A stretch of 64,000 bases of DNA from an uncultured Acidobacteriaceae bacterium (GTDB taxonomy: Bacteria > Acidobacteriota > Terriglobia > Acidiferrales > UBA7541). The position numbers and the translations under genes were made by a program. Shown in pieces: positions 49,014 through 57,888 of the stretch. The stretch is from assembly GCA_964533185.1 (NCBI GenBank), contig CAZHLD010000002.1, positions 59,791-123,790 of the forward strand, given 5' to 3'. Every line of letters begins with the position of its first letter. Position 1 is the stretch's first letter. Under the pieces are notes generated by a model. The model was not told the origin of the DNA. It did no database searches and saw only the letters and a list, made by a program, of their open reading frames with translations.

Positions 49014-50063
49014 ATGGACATCCTCGAACAGATGGCCGAGCACGACCACGAGCAGGTGGTTGCCTTCCAGAACAATGCCACCGGCCTGCGCGGCTTCCTG
49101 GCCATTCACGATACGACACTCGGACCGGCGCTCGGCGGCGTGCGTATCTGGCCCTACGCAAATGATGATGAAGCGCTCGCCGATGCACTGCGGCTCTCCC
49201 GTGCGATGACCTACAAGGCTTCGCTCGCCGAGCTGCCCTGCGGCGGTGGCAAGACCACGCTCATGCTCCATCCCGGCCTGAAGCGCGCCGAAGCGTTCGA
49301 GGCCCTGGGTCGAATGGTGGAAAGCCTGAACGGCCGTTATTTCACTGGCCGCGACGTTGGCATCACCGACGACGACCTCGCCGCCATCGCCCGCGCCACC
49401 CGCTACGTCGCGAAAGAGCCTTCGCCGGAGCTGGGCGACGTTTGCGAGCACACCGCAATCGGCGTCTGGCACGGCCTGCGCGCCTGCCTCGAAATCGCCG
49501 GCTTGAAGCAAGCGCGAGTGGCCATCCAGGGTGTGGGCGGTGTGGGGATGTTGCTCGCGCAACTGCTCCATCGCGAGGGCATGGAACTGGTGGTCGCCGA
49601 CGTGAACGCCGCGCGCGCCGCTCAGGCAGGGAGGGAATTCGGTGCGAAGGTTGTCGCGCCGGAAGAAATCCTCACCACGCCGTGCGAGGTCCTGGCTCCT
49701 TGCGCTCTGGGCGGCGTAATCACCGCACAAAACGCGGCCTCGATTCGCGCCCGCATCGTCTGCGGCTCAGCGAACAACATCCTCGCTTCGCCCGAGGCTG
49801 GCGATGCGCTGGCCGCACGTGGCATCCTTTACGCGCCGGATTATTTGGTAAACGCCGGAGGCCTGATCCGCGGCGCGGAGTATTACCTGCTGGGCCGGCT
49901 GGACAGTCATCCTAGCCTCGAACGCATTTATGAGCGTATGCTTCGCATCGCTCGGTTGGCGGACGAGCGCGGCGTCTCCACCTCCCGCATCGCCGACGAG
50001 CTGGCCCAGGCCCGCCTGAAGCGTCCCAAGATGTTTCAGGATTTGACCTGGCGCGGCCGCTGA
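49014..50063 (+). CDS. Leu/Val/Phe dehydrogenase-family (ELFV) amino-acid dehydrogenase
   Basis: LAIHDTTLGPALGGVRIWPY..., catalytic-Lys region LPCGGGKTTL, and Rossmann QGVGGVG. Confidence 0.8.
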   Translation: MDILEQMAEHDHEQVVAFQNNATGLRGFLAIHDTTLGPALGGVRIWPYANDDEALADALRLSRAMTYKASLAELPCGGGKTTLMLHPGLKRAEAFEALGRMVESLNGRYFTGRDVGITDDDLAAIARATRYVAKEPSPELGDVCEHTAIGVWHGLRACLEIAGLKQARVAIQGVGGVGMLLAQLLHREGMELVVADVNAARAAQAGREFGAKVVAPEEILTTPCEVLAPCALGGVITAQNAASIRARIVCGSANNILASPEAGDALAARGILYAPDYLVNAGGLIRGAEYYLLGRLDSHPSLERIYERMLRIARLADERGVSTSRIADELAQARLKRPKMFQDLTWRGR

Positions 50064-50128
50064 CGGCCAGTCCTCAGCAACCTTCGCAGACTACCGCGCC
50101 TTTCGTGTGTTAAAATCCCTTCTGGTGC

Positions 50129-50205
50129 GCGCCTGTAGCTCAGTTGGATAGAGCGCTGGTCTCCGGAACCAGAGGTCGGAGGTTCAAATCCTCTCAGGCG
50201 CGCCA
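50129..50205 (+). tRNA. tRNA-Arg (anticodon CCG), CCA encoded
   Basis: Folded by hand. Acceptor GCGCCTG/CAGGCGC, D-arm GCTC-AGTTGGATA-GAGC, anticodon stem CTGGT/ACCAG with loop CTCCGGA, T-arm GGAGG-TTCAAAT-CCTCT. Confidence 0.9.
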
Positions 50206-50346
50206 TCCCCGTTCCGGAGCTTTCTGCGGAGCGCCACTGCCTCTACCCTTACTTTCAAAGACTTGCCGTGGTAGTCTAGTCGTCGTTTAGAGCCGTAGGG
50301 CGTATAAGCTCTCCCGGTTAGTCCAAGCCTGATCAGGAGTATCACC

Positions 50347-51315
50347 ATGGCCGAGAAGAAGACGATTGCAGTTGTGGGTGCAACCGGCGCGCAGGGCGGC
50401 GGACTGGTTCGCGCCATCTTGAGTGACCCGAGTGGTGGCTTCACTGCGCGCGCGCTTACGAGAGACGTCAACTCGGATAAGGCGACGGAACTAGCGAAGT
50501 TGGGAGCTGAAGTCTTCGCCGTGGACGTCGACGACGTAGAAAGTCTGAAGAAGGCGTTCGAGGGTGCCTATGCAGTGTATTGCGTCACGTTTTTCTGGGA
50601 GCACTTTTCGCCCGAGAAAGAACTTTCTCAGGCCACCAATATGGCCAAGGCGGCGAAGCACGCCGGAATTGAACACGTCATCTGGTCCACACTCGAAGAC
50701 ACGCGGAAATGGGTGCCTCTCAGCGACAGCCGCATGCCCACGCTCATGGGCAAGTACAAGGTGCCGCACTTCGACGCGAAGGGCGAAGCCAACCAGGTGT
50801 TCACCGATCTCGGCGTGCCCACGACGTTCCTGCTGACGTCGTTCTACTGGGAGAACTTCACCCACTTCGGCATGGGGCCCAAGAAAGGTGCGGACGGCAA
50901 GCTGGCCACCACCTTTCCCATGGGCGACAAGAAGCTCCCAGGCATCGCTGCCGAGGACATCGGCAAGTGCGCCTACGGGATCTTTAAGAAGGGCCGTGAG
51001 TTGATCGGCAAGACCGTCGGCATCGCCGGCGAACACTTGACAGGCGCGCAGATGGCCGCCACCTTCACCAAAGTGCTGGGTCAGGAGGTTTGCTACAATA
51101 GCGTGTCACCAGAGGCATACCGTGGGTTCGGTTTCCCGGGGGCAGACGACCTGGGCAACATGTTCCAGTTCAAACGCGACTTCGAACAATACTTCTGCGG
51201 CGTGCGCAACCCCGACGTCGCCCGGGGCCTGAACCCCGCGCTGCAAACCTTCGAGATGTGGCTCGCCCAGAACAAGAGCCGCATCCCGCTTGAGCAGAAT
51301 GCAGCCAGCGCCTAG
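50347..51315 (+). CDS. NmrA-family NAD(P)-binding protein
   Basis: IAVVGATGAQGGGLVRAIL Rossmann start and NmrA-like core (…VIWSTLEDT…KVPHFDAKGE…). Confidence 0.8.
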   Translation: MAEKKTIAVVGATGAQGGGLVRAILSDPSGGFTARALTRDVNSDKATELAKLGAEVFAVDVDDVESLKKAFEGAYAVYCVTFFWEHFSPEKELSQATNMAKAAKHAGIEHVIWSTLEDTRKWVPLSDSRMPTLMGKYKVPHFDAKGEANQVFTDLGVPTTFLLTSFYWENFTHFGMGPKKGADGKLATTFPMGDKKLPGIAAEDIGKCAYGIFKKGRELIGKTVGIAGEHLTGAQMAATFTKVLGQEVCYNSVSPEAYRGFGFPGADDLGNMFQFKRDFEQYFCGVRNPDVARGLNPALQTFEMWLAQNKSRIPLEQNAASA

Positions 51316-51574
51316 CAGTGCGATCAGCCGAACCGTCCAAGAAGGGTCATTTCACTGATGCGTGGCCCATTTGCCAGAATTCGGGTCACCGCCGAAGTTC
51401 TAAAATCGTCCCCCAGGGCGCCCCACTCCTTATTCTTCGCCGGCACAAGGACAAAGCCAAAGGGCTTTCTGTAGGCCGGATTGCCGCCTGCGGCTATGTA
51501 GAAGTTTGATCCCTCCCAGGCATGGGCGACAACTTGCTCCACGCAACACCTTCCATTAGGGTATTCTCCTTTTC

Positions 51575-52300
51575 ATGAAGCGCATTCTCATCATCGAGGA
51601 TGACCGCGACATCGTCGAGTTGGTCCGTTACAACCTCACCAACGAAGGCTTTCGGGTGGTGGCCGCATCGGACGGCTCCACAGGCCTGGCGCAAATCAAG
51701 AAATCGCCGCCCGACCTCTTGCTGCTCGATCTGATGCTGCCCAAGCTTTCCGGCCTCGACATCTGCAAGGAAGTCCGCCGCGACCAATCACTGAATCGCC
51801 TCCCAATCCTGATGTTGACGGCGCGCGGCAGTGAAGCCGACCGCGTCGTTGGCCTCGAAATGGGCGCCGACGACTACGTGACCAAACCCTTCAGCCCGCG
51901 CGAGCTGGTGGCACGTGTCAAAGCCCTGCTTCGCCGCGCCGAAGTGCCGGATGAGACCCCGCGCCCGATCGAAGCCGGCAAGCTCCTCATTGATCCATCC
52001 TCGTATCGCGTCACCCGCGCCGGCAAACCGATCACGCTCAGCACCCTCGAGTTTCGCCTGCTCTACTACCTGGCCTCGCGGCCCAATCGCGTGTTCACCC
52101 GCGACCAATTGCTCGACGCCGTCTGGGGCACCGAACGATTTGTTACCCCGCGCAGTGTGGACGTCTATATTCGCCGCCTGCGCGAGAAAAGCGAGCCCGA
52201 CCCGGATCACCCCGTCCACCTGAAGACGGTGCGCGGCGCCGGCTATTTGTTTGAACTGGAAACGGAACCGGCGGCAACCCGCAGTGGCCGCGGCAAATAG
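51575..52300 (+). CDS. phoB: OmpR-family phosphate regulon response regulator
   Basis: MKRILIIEDD...LLLLDLMLP...TARG...VTKPFSPRELVARVKALLRR plus a winged helix. Located upstream of a PhoR-type kinase and next to pst genes. Confidence 0.8.
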   Translation: MKRILIIEDDRDIVELVRYNLTNEGFRVVAASDGSTGLAQIKKSPPDLLLLDLMLPKLSGLDICKEVRRDQSLNRLPILMLTARGSEADRVVGLEMGADDYVTKPFSPRELVARVKALLRRAEVPDETPRPIEAGKLLIDPSSYRVTRAGKPITLSTLEFRLLYYLASRPNRVFTRDQLLDAVWGTERFVTPRSVDVYIRRLREKSEPDPDHPVHLKTVRGAGYLFELETEPAATRSGRGK

Positions 52301-52318
52301 GCCCAAACCGAGGAAACG

Positions 52319-54070
52319 GTGCGTCCCAAACTCTTCTGGCAGCTCAGCCTGACCTTCCTGGGCCTGCTCCTGGCCGCTGTCCTCGCCGTGGATCTCTACA
52401 CCTCCCGCGTCGCGCGCCGGGAGTACCTTCGAATCAGTTTCGAGGAACTGGAAATCCTTACCCGCCTGTCTCGCGCACAACCGCCACCGACGGAGCCCGC
52501 AGCCGCGCAAGCTGCCTGGGTCTCGCGGATGGCGCAAGGCGGTGCGCGGGTAACCATTGTGGCCGCCGATGGCCGCGTGCTCGCTGATTCCGCCGAAGAC
52601 CCTGCCGCGATGGAAGACCACTCCAATCGGCCGGAAATCCAGCAGGCCCTGGCCACGGGGGAAGGTCGCGCTGTGCGTCGAAGCCCCACGCTCGGTCGTG
52701 AGCTGATTTATCTTGCTCTCCGCTTGGAGGACGTCGCGGGCCAGCCGATTGTGCTTCGTTTTGCGCGGCCACTCCAGGAAGTGGACGAACAGTTGGGTGA
52801 GTTCCGCCGCCGGCTGTGGGTCGGTTGGCTCGTGGTCCTGCTTTTTGCCGCAGGCTTCTCGTTCATTGCGGCCCGGCGTTTCTCCTCACGCATTGAACGG
52901 CTGAAAGAATTCTCGGCCCGCGTGGCCGGGGGAAACTTTACGCCACTGCCGGTTGTGCGCCGCGGCGACGAGGTGGACGCGCTCGGCCGCACTCTCAACG
53001 ATACGGCCGCGCAGCTCGACCGCACCATCCGCTCGCTCACCGACGAGCGCAACCGCACGGCTGCCATTCTGAGCAGCATGATTGAGGGCGTGGCGGTTGT
53101 GAACGCTGAGGAGCGCGTCCTTTTCGTCAACCCGGCGTTTGCTCACATCCTGGGTCTTGACCCCGTGGCGGAGATGGGCCGGCCGCTGGTTGAGCTGGTG
53201 CGCGACTCTGAGTTGTTGGGGCTGGTCAAGCACGCGATCGCGGAACGTGCCACTGTATCCGGCGAAGTTGTCATTGGAACGGTACGCCAGCGCTCCTTTG
53301 CTGTCACGGCTTCTCCCGTGCAGGCCGAAGACTCTTCCGGAGCCGTGCTCGTCCTCCATGAGGTCACGGAGCAGCGGCGCCTCGAGCGCGTTCGCCGCGA
53401 TTTTGTGGCCAATGTATCACACGAGTTTAAGACGCCACTCACGGCGATTCAGGGCTTCGCTGAGACTCTGCTCGGCGGCGCACTCGATGATCAACACAAC
53501 CGCCGCCGGTTCGTCGAAATCATTCGCGACCATGCGCTGCGCCTCGCCCGGCTTACCGACGACCTTCTCCGGCTCTCCTTGATCGAAATTGGAAAGCTGG
53601 AATTCCACATCGAGCCGGTCTCCGCCTCCGCTCTGATTGAATCCTGCGTTGAGACGGCGCGCCTCAAAGCCAGTCAAAAGCAACTCACCGTGCGAATGGA
53701 TTGCCCCGCGCAACTTCCTCTTGTGCTCGGCGATGCGAATCGCTTGCTGGAAGTGCTCCAAAACTTGCTTGACAATGCGATTCAGTACACGCCGGCAGGC
53801 GGTCAGATCACCGTGCGCGCGCAGGCGGCGGAGCAAGAAGTCATCCTTACAGTCGCGGACACAGGCATTGGCATTCCCCAAGCCGAGCAGGAACGCATCT
53901 TCGAGCGCTTTTACCGGGTGGACGCCGCCCGCTCTCGCGAAGTCGGTGGCACGGGCTTGGGCCTCTCCATCGCCCGCCACATTGTCCAGGCCCACGGCGG
54001 CCGCATCTGGGTCGAGAGTGCGGTCGGTCAGGGTTCCCGCTTCCACTTTTCCGTTCCCCTCGCTGCCTAA
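52319..54070 (+). CDS. phoR: Phosphate regulon sensor histidine kinase
   Basis: Two TMs, HAMP, PAS, H-box SHEFKTPLTAIQGF, and HATPase ([13 protein letters not shown]). Confidence 0.8.
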   Translation: MRPKLFWQLSLTFLGLLLAAVLAVDLYTSRVARREYLRISFEELEILTRLSRAQPPPTEPAAAQAAWVSRMAQGGARVTIVAADGRVLADSAEDPAAMEDHSNRPEIQQALATGEGRAVRRSPTLGRELIYLALRLEDVAGQPIVLRFARPLQEVDEQLGEFRRRLWVGWLVVLLFAAGFSFIAARRFSSRIERLKEFSARVAGGNFTPLPVVRRGDEVDALGRTLNDTAAQLDRTIRSLTDERNRTAAILSSMIEGVAVVNAEERVLFVNPAFAHILGLDPVAEMGRPLVELVRDSELLGLVKHAIAERATVSGEVVIGTVRQRSFAVTASPVQAEDSSGAVLVLHEVTEQRRLERVRRDFVANVSHEFKTPLTAIQGFAETLLGGALDDQHNRRRFVEIIRDHALRLARLTDDLLRLSLIEIGKLEFHIEPVSASALIESCVETARLKASQKQLTVRMDCPAQLPLVLGDANRLLEVLQNLLDNAIQYTPAGGQITVRAQAAEQEVILTVADTGIGIPQAEQERIFERFYRVDAARSREVGGTGLGLSIARHIVQAHGGRIWVESAVGQGSRFHFSVPLAA

Positions 54071-54127
54071 CTTCCTCTTCCGCCTGCCCTTGCAGGCAAA
54101 TCAAGCCTTGCTGAAGATTGACCTCCT

Positions 54128-54145
54128 ATTCACATCCGCGTAACC
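54128..54145 (+). promoter_or_regulatory. Candidate Pho box (ATTCACA-tccg-CGTAACC) upstream of the first phoU-like gene
   Basis: Two 7-mers separated by 4 nt (11-bp period). ACACT follows 10 nt downstream, the same arrangement as at pstS. Confidence 0.4.
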
Positions 54146-54198
54146 TCCGCGAGCCACACTCCTGCTGAACATAAACGACGGATGGAAAGGGAGAAAAG

Positions 54199-54921
54199 AT
54201 GCCAACCGCACAAGAAGCCGTTTATCAAGTGGCGCTGATGAACTACCTAGTCTCGATGGCCCGCACCGTGGAGACAAACGTCAACCGGGCTCTGGACGCC
54301 CTACTGGCTCGCAATGAAGCACTTACCCGCGAAGTTTTCCTCCTCGAGCCTCGTGTCAACGAAATGGAGATCACCATTGACAACCACGCTGTTCAGTTGC
54401 TACGTCAGGGCAACCTGTCGGATGAGGATGTCCGCCTGGTGGTCGCCACTCAAAAGATTACCAACGACCTTGAACGCATGGGCGACCTCGCCGTGAACAT
54501 TTCTCAGTGTGTGGTTTCTTTAGCCTCCATGCCTCGTGTTGAGACCCGTCAGGAACTCACACCCATGACCTCGGCTGTTCGCGCCATGTTCAGCCGCACT
54601 CTGGGCGCGCTGATCTTTCGAAACGCGGACTTGGCCTCTGAAGTCCTCGAAGCCGATGACCTGGTCGATGCGTATCGGGACCGGCTCTTTGAAGGACTGC
54701 TAGAGGAGATGTACGAAGATCCCACGCAGGTCAATTCCAAGCTGCAATACATTCTCATTACGCGCTACCTCGAGCGCATCGCCGACCACACCACCAACAT
54801 TGCCGAGGACATCATCTTCTGGGTTCGCGGGCTGGACGTTCGCCATGGCCGGGCGCTCTCTCAGCCGCCGCAGGATCCCGGTACTCACCAGCCGCCTCCG
54901 ACTAAAGCTTCCACCCCGTAA
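54199..54921 (+). CDS. PhoU-family protein (divergent paralogue with a Pro-rich C-terminal tail)
   Basis: Two PhoU repeats (…ITNDLERMGDLAVNI… and …ITRYLERIADHTTNIAEDI…). AAGGGAG before the ATG. The tail reads QPPQDPGTHQPPPTKASTP. Confidence 0.75.
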   Translation: MPTAQEAVYQVALMNYLVSMARTVETNVNRALDALLARNEALTREVFLLEPRVNEMEITIDNHAVQLLRQGNLSDEDVRLVVATQKITNDLERMGDLAVNISQCVVSLASMPRVETRQELTPMTSAVRAMFSRTLGALIFRNADLASEVLEADDLVDAYRDRLFEGLLEEMYEDPTQVNSKLQYILITRYLERIADHTTNIAEDIIFWVRGLDVRHGRALSQPPQDPGTHQPPPTKASTP

Positions 54922-54929
54922 GTCCTGCC

Positions 54930-54959
54930 GGGGCCGGCGTTTCCCCTGACGCCGGCCCC
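54930..54959 (+). terminator. GC-rich hairpin after the phoU-like gene
   Basis: GGGGCCGGCG (54930-54939) pairs perfectly with CGCCGGCCCC (54950-54959) around a 10-nt loop. There is no clean U-tract. Confidence 0.4.
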
Positions 54960-55027
54960 CTCCCCTCTTTCCCACTTATGTGCTTCTCCTCCAGTAAATT
55001 CCGCCAAGACTCACGATGTAACCTAGA

Positions 55028-55056
55028 ATTCACATTCGATTCACGACTGGTTCATG
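55028..55056 (+). promoter_or_regulatory. Candidate triple Pho box (ATTCACA-ttcg-ATTCACG-actg-GTTCATG) upstream of the porin gene
   Basis: Three 7-mers with exact 4-nt spacers (11-bp period). AAAACT follows 10 nt downstream. Confidence 0.45.
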
Positions 55057-55160
55057 GACTTGTGCAAAACTTAGCTTGAATTAGGCGAGGAATCATGAAC
55101 AACAACAAATCCAAATCGTCCAGCAAACTGAGGAAATCTGCTAAGCAAAAGGGGGAAAGC

Positions 55161-56822
55161 ATGCGCAAGTTGAGTCTAACAATCTTCGTACTGTCGCTGC
55201 TGGCGGTCCCAGCGGCAACGGCGGATACCACGGCGGCCAAGTCAAAGCCGACCGCCAACAAGACGGCAAAGCTTGCCGTAGCCGGGCCGGCAAAGAAAAG
55301 CGAGCCGTCGGCGATTGAGGTCGAGCTCCAGCAGGTGAAGGAATTGCTGCTTCAGCAGGCCCGCGAAATGGAAACTCAGCGCGGCCTCCTCCGCCAACAG
55401 CAGGAAAGAATGGAGCAAATGGAGCGGCGTATCCAGGAGCAGGCTGCTGCCAACAGTCACGGCGCTGCGCAGGAGCCCGATGATCAGCAGAACGGCCGGC
55501 CCAGCGAGCTGAAGGTCCTCGAGGGCCAGCTCGAAGCCGTGGCCGATACGACGAATACTCTCAACCAGAAGGTCATCAAGGTCGAGAAGGACATTGCCGA
55601 CAACAAAAAGTCCGCGGACGGCAAGCTTCGCGCCCTCGGCAACTTCAGCTTTAGCGGCGACATCCGCCTCCGCGGTGAAACCTTCCACAACGGCACCGCC
55701 ACGCCACGCAACCGCGAGCGCTTCCGCCTCCGCTTCAATGTCAACGCTAAACTCACTGACGAGTTCTTCGGCGGTCTGACAGTGGCCAGCGGCGATGCCA
55801 CCGACCCCATCTCCACCAATCAGAGCTTCACAAACTTCTACACCCGCAAGTTCTTCTCCATCGACAAGGCCTTCTTCGGCTACAAGCCGAAGTGGTTCGC
55901 CAAAGTCGGTGGTGGCGAACTCGAGCTCCTGGGCGGCAAGTGGGGCTATTCGTGGTATCGCACCCAGATGACCTGGGACGACGATTTGAACCCCGAGGGC
56001 TTCAGTGAATCCGTCTCTTGGAAAATCCCGACCTCTTTCCTCGAGCGCATCGTTCTCGTCGGCTTCCAGACCTACATCGCCGAATCCGGCAGCGGTGCCG
56101 ATACCGTCATGAACGGCGGTCAGTTCCAGGCTTACTGGAAGCTTGGCCCTCGCGTCCGTTTCACCTCCTACGCGGGCTTCTACGACTATCTGCAGGCCGA
56201 TGCCGTCCGCGTGGCGCAAAGCAACGTCACCGTGCGGGTCAGCGGCGGCCCTTGCGGCCCATCCGCGTCCCCGCTCTGCTCGGGCAGCGTGCCCAACTCA
56301 GCTCTGCTCTCGGGAAGCTCGAACAGCAACTCGGCAAACTCCTCTCAGTTTGCCTCCAAGTTCGGCATCCTCGACGTCATCGGCCGCTTCGACATCCGCA
56401 CCAACAGCAGCCGCTGGCCGGTCATGTTGCAGTTCAACTACGCCAACAATACCAGGGCCTGCACCAACCGCACCAGCGCCGGCGCTCTGGTCGTGCCTAC
56501 CAACGCGCCGTGCAACCCCAAGGACCGCGATGCCTACTGGGCCGAAGTTCAGCTTGGCCAGACTCGCGAGCGCGGCGATTGGAACTTCGGTTACACCTTC
56601 ATCCGCCTCCAACGCGAGTCGGTACTGGGCGCCTTCAATTTCAGCGATATACGCCAGCCCACCAACAATCTCAATCATCGCGTCAACATCGGCTATCAGC
56701 TCTATCGCAACGTCACCTTCACTTGGACCGGCCTCTTTGGCCGCCAGTTGGTCACCTCGGAGACGCCCACCAGGGAAAGCATCCTGCGGCGTCTCCAGTT
56801 TGACCTGAGCTACAAGTTCTGA
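55161..56822 (+). CDS. Outer-membrane porin with an N-terminal coiled coil, embedded in the pst/pho cluster
   Basis: Signal peptide MRKLSLTIFVLSLLAVPAATA (AAGGGGGA before ATG 55161) and heptad-rich QQVKELLLQQAREMETQRGLL.... Alternating beta-strand sequence begins at GNFSFSGDIRLRGETF and runs to the terminal ...FDLSYKF. Confidence 0.65.
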   Translation: MRKLSLTIFVLSLLAVPAATADTTAAKSKPTANKTAKLAVAGPAKKSEPSAIEVELQQVKELLLQQAREMETQRGLLRQQQERMEQMERRIQEQAAANSHGAAQEPDDQQNGRPSELKVLEGQLEAVADTTNTLNQKVIKVEKDIADNKKSADGKLRALGNFSFSGDIRLRGETFHNGTATPRNRERFRLRFNVNAKLTDEFFGGLTVASGDATDPISTNQSFTNFYTRKFFSIDKAFFGYKPKWFAKVGGGELELLGGKWGYSWYRTQMTWDDDLNPEGFSESVSWKIPTSFLERIVLVGFQTYIAESGSGADTVMNGGQFQAYWKLGPRVRFTSYAGFYDYLQADAVRVAQSNVTVRVSGGPCGPSASPLCSGSVPNSALLSGSSNSNSANSSQFASKFGILDVIGRFDIRTNSSRWPVMLQFNYANNTRACTNRTSAGALVVPTNAPCNPKDRDAYWAEVQLGQTRERGDWNFGYTFIRLQRESVLGAFNFSDIRQPTNNLNHRVNIGYQLYRNVTFTWTGLFGRQLVTSETPTRESILRRLQFDLSYKF

Positions 56823-56836
56823 CTGGCATCAGTCGC

Positions 56837-56854
56837 CTGTAACACGGCTGTAAC
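56837..56854 (+). promoter_or_regulatory. Candidate Pho box (CTGTAAC-acgg-CTGTAAC) upstream of pstS
   Basis: Exact 7-bp direct repeat with a 4-nt spacer, closely resembling the E. coli consensus CTGTCAT-N4-CTGTCAT. GACACT lies 10 nt downstream. 35 nt before ATG 56889. Confidence 0.55.
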
Positions 56855-56888
56855 AATCTTGCGAGACACTTCTAAGGGAGGAGACAGA

Positions 56889-57812
56889 ATGAGAAAGCAA
56901 CTGGCAATCCTGGCGATGGTGGCTCTAGTCCTGAGCGCCTCGGCGATCATCGCCCAGCAGCGCAACATCACCGTCAAAGGTTCGGACACTCTGGTTATCC
57001 TCGGCCAGCGCTGGGCTGAGGTCTTTATGTCCAAGAATCCGGGGACCAGTGTTCAGGTAACCGGTGGCGGATCGGGCGTGGGCATCGCCGCGCTCATCAA
57101 CGGAACCACAGACATCGCCGAGTCCTCCCGCTTGATGAAAGATCCGGAAAAGGCCAGTGTCAAGGAAAAGCGCGGCAAAGATGTCCTTGAGCTCCCCGTC
57201 GCCGTGGACGGGCTCGCCGTCTACGTTAACGATCAGAACCCGGTCAATGAGCTCACCCTCGCACAGATTAAGGGCATCTATACCGGCGCCATTAAGAACT
57301 GGAAGGAAGTCGGCGGCCGCGACCAGAGGATCATTCTCTACAGCCGCGAGAATAGCTCCGGCACCTACGTGTACTTCAAGGAGCACGTGCTGGAAAACGC
57401 CGACTATTACCCCACGGCCCAGACTCTGCCCGGCACTGCCGCGGTTATCAACGCCGTCGCCAAGGACACCCGCGGCATCGGCTACGGCGGCATTGCCTAC
57501 GGCAAAGGCATCAAGCATCTCCGGGTAAAGAAAGACGCCAACTCCCCGGCCGTCGAGCCGACTATGGAGAACGTGCTCACGGCAAAGTACCCCATCAGCC
57601 GCTATCTCTACTGGTACCTTGCGGGACAGCCCTCGGGCGATACCCTCAAGCTCTGCATGTGGGTCATGTCCCAGGATGGCCAGTCCGTGGTGGAAAACGT
57701 TGGCTACTACCCGTTGAGCAATACCGACCGTTCCAAGTTTGCAGCTTTGGTCGGTATCGGCGGGAAGACGGCGGCAAAGGTCGGAAACACGGCCGCGAAG
57801 AAAGGCAGCTAG
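56889..57812 (+). CDS. pstS: Phosphate ABC transporter substrate-binding protein
   Basis: Signal peptide, then ITVKGSDTLVILGQRWAE...VTGGGSGVGIAALINGTTDIAESSR. AGGGAGGAG before the ATG. Confidence 0.9.
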   Translation: MRKQLAILAMVALVLSASAIIAQQRNITVKGSDTLVILGQRWAEVFMSKNPGTSVQVTGGGSGVGIAALINGTTDIAESSRLMKDPEKASVKEKRGKDVLELPVAVDGLAVYVNDQNPVNELTLAQIKGIYTGAIKNWKEVGGRDQRIILYSRENSSGTYVYFKEHVLENADYYPTAQTLPGTAAVINAVAKDTRGIGYGGIAYGKGIKHLRVKKDANSPAVEPTMENVLTAKYPISRYLYWYLAGQPSGDTLKLCMWVMSQDGQSVVENVGYYPLSNTDRSKFAALVGIGGKTAAKVGNTAAKKGS

Positions 57813-57888
57813 ACCCTAAGGAGAATAAGGGCGCGCCCCAACCGGACTTAATGTCCCCCGCCTAGAGGGCGCGCCCCATCTCTCTGCG

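Noticed and set aside
51324-51542. 72-aa minus-strand ORF between the NmrA-like gene and phoB
   Set aside because: No recognisable domain, no Shine-Dalgarno, and a GTG start. It fills the only space available for the phoB promoter. It may be another gene fragment, but I cannot support it.
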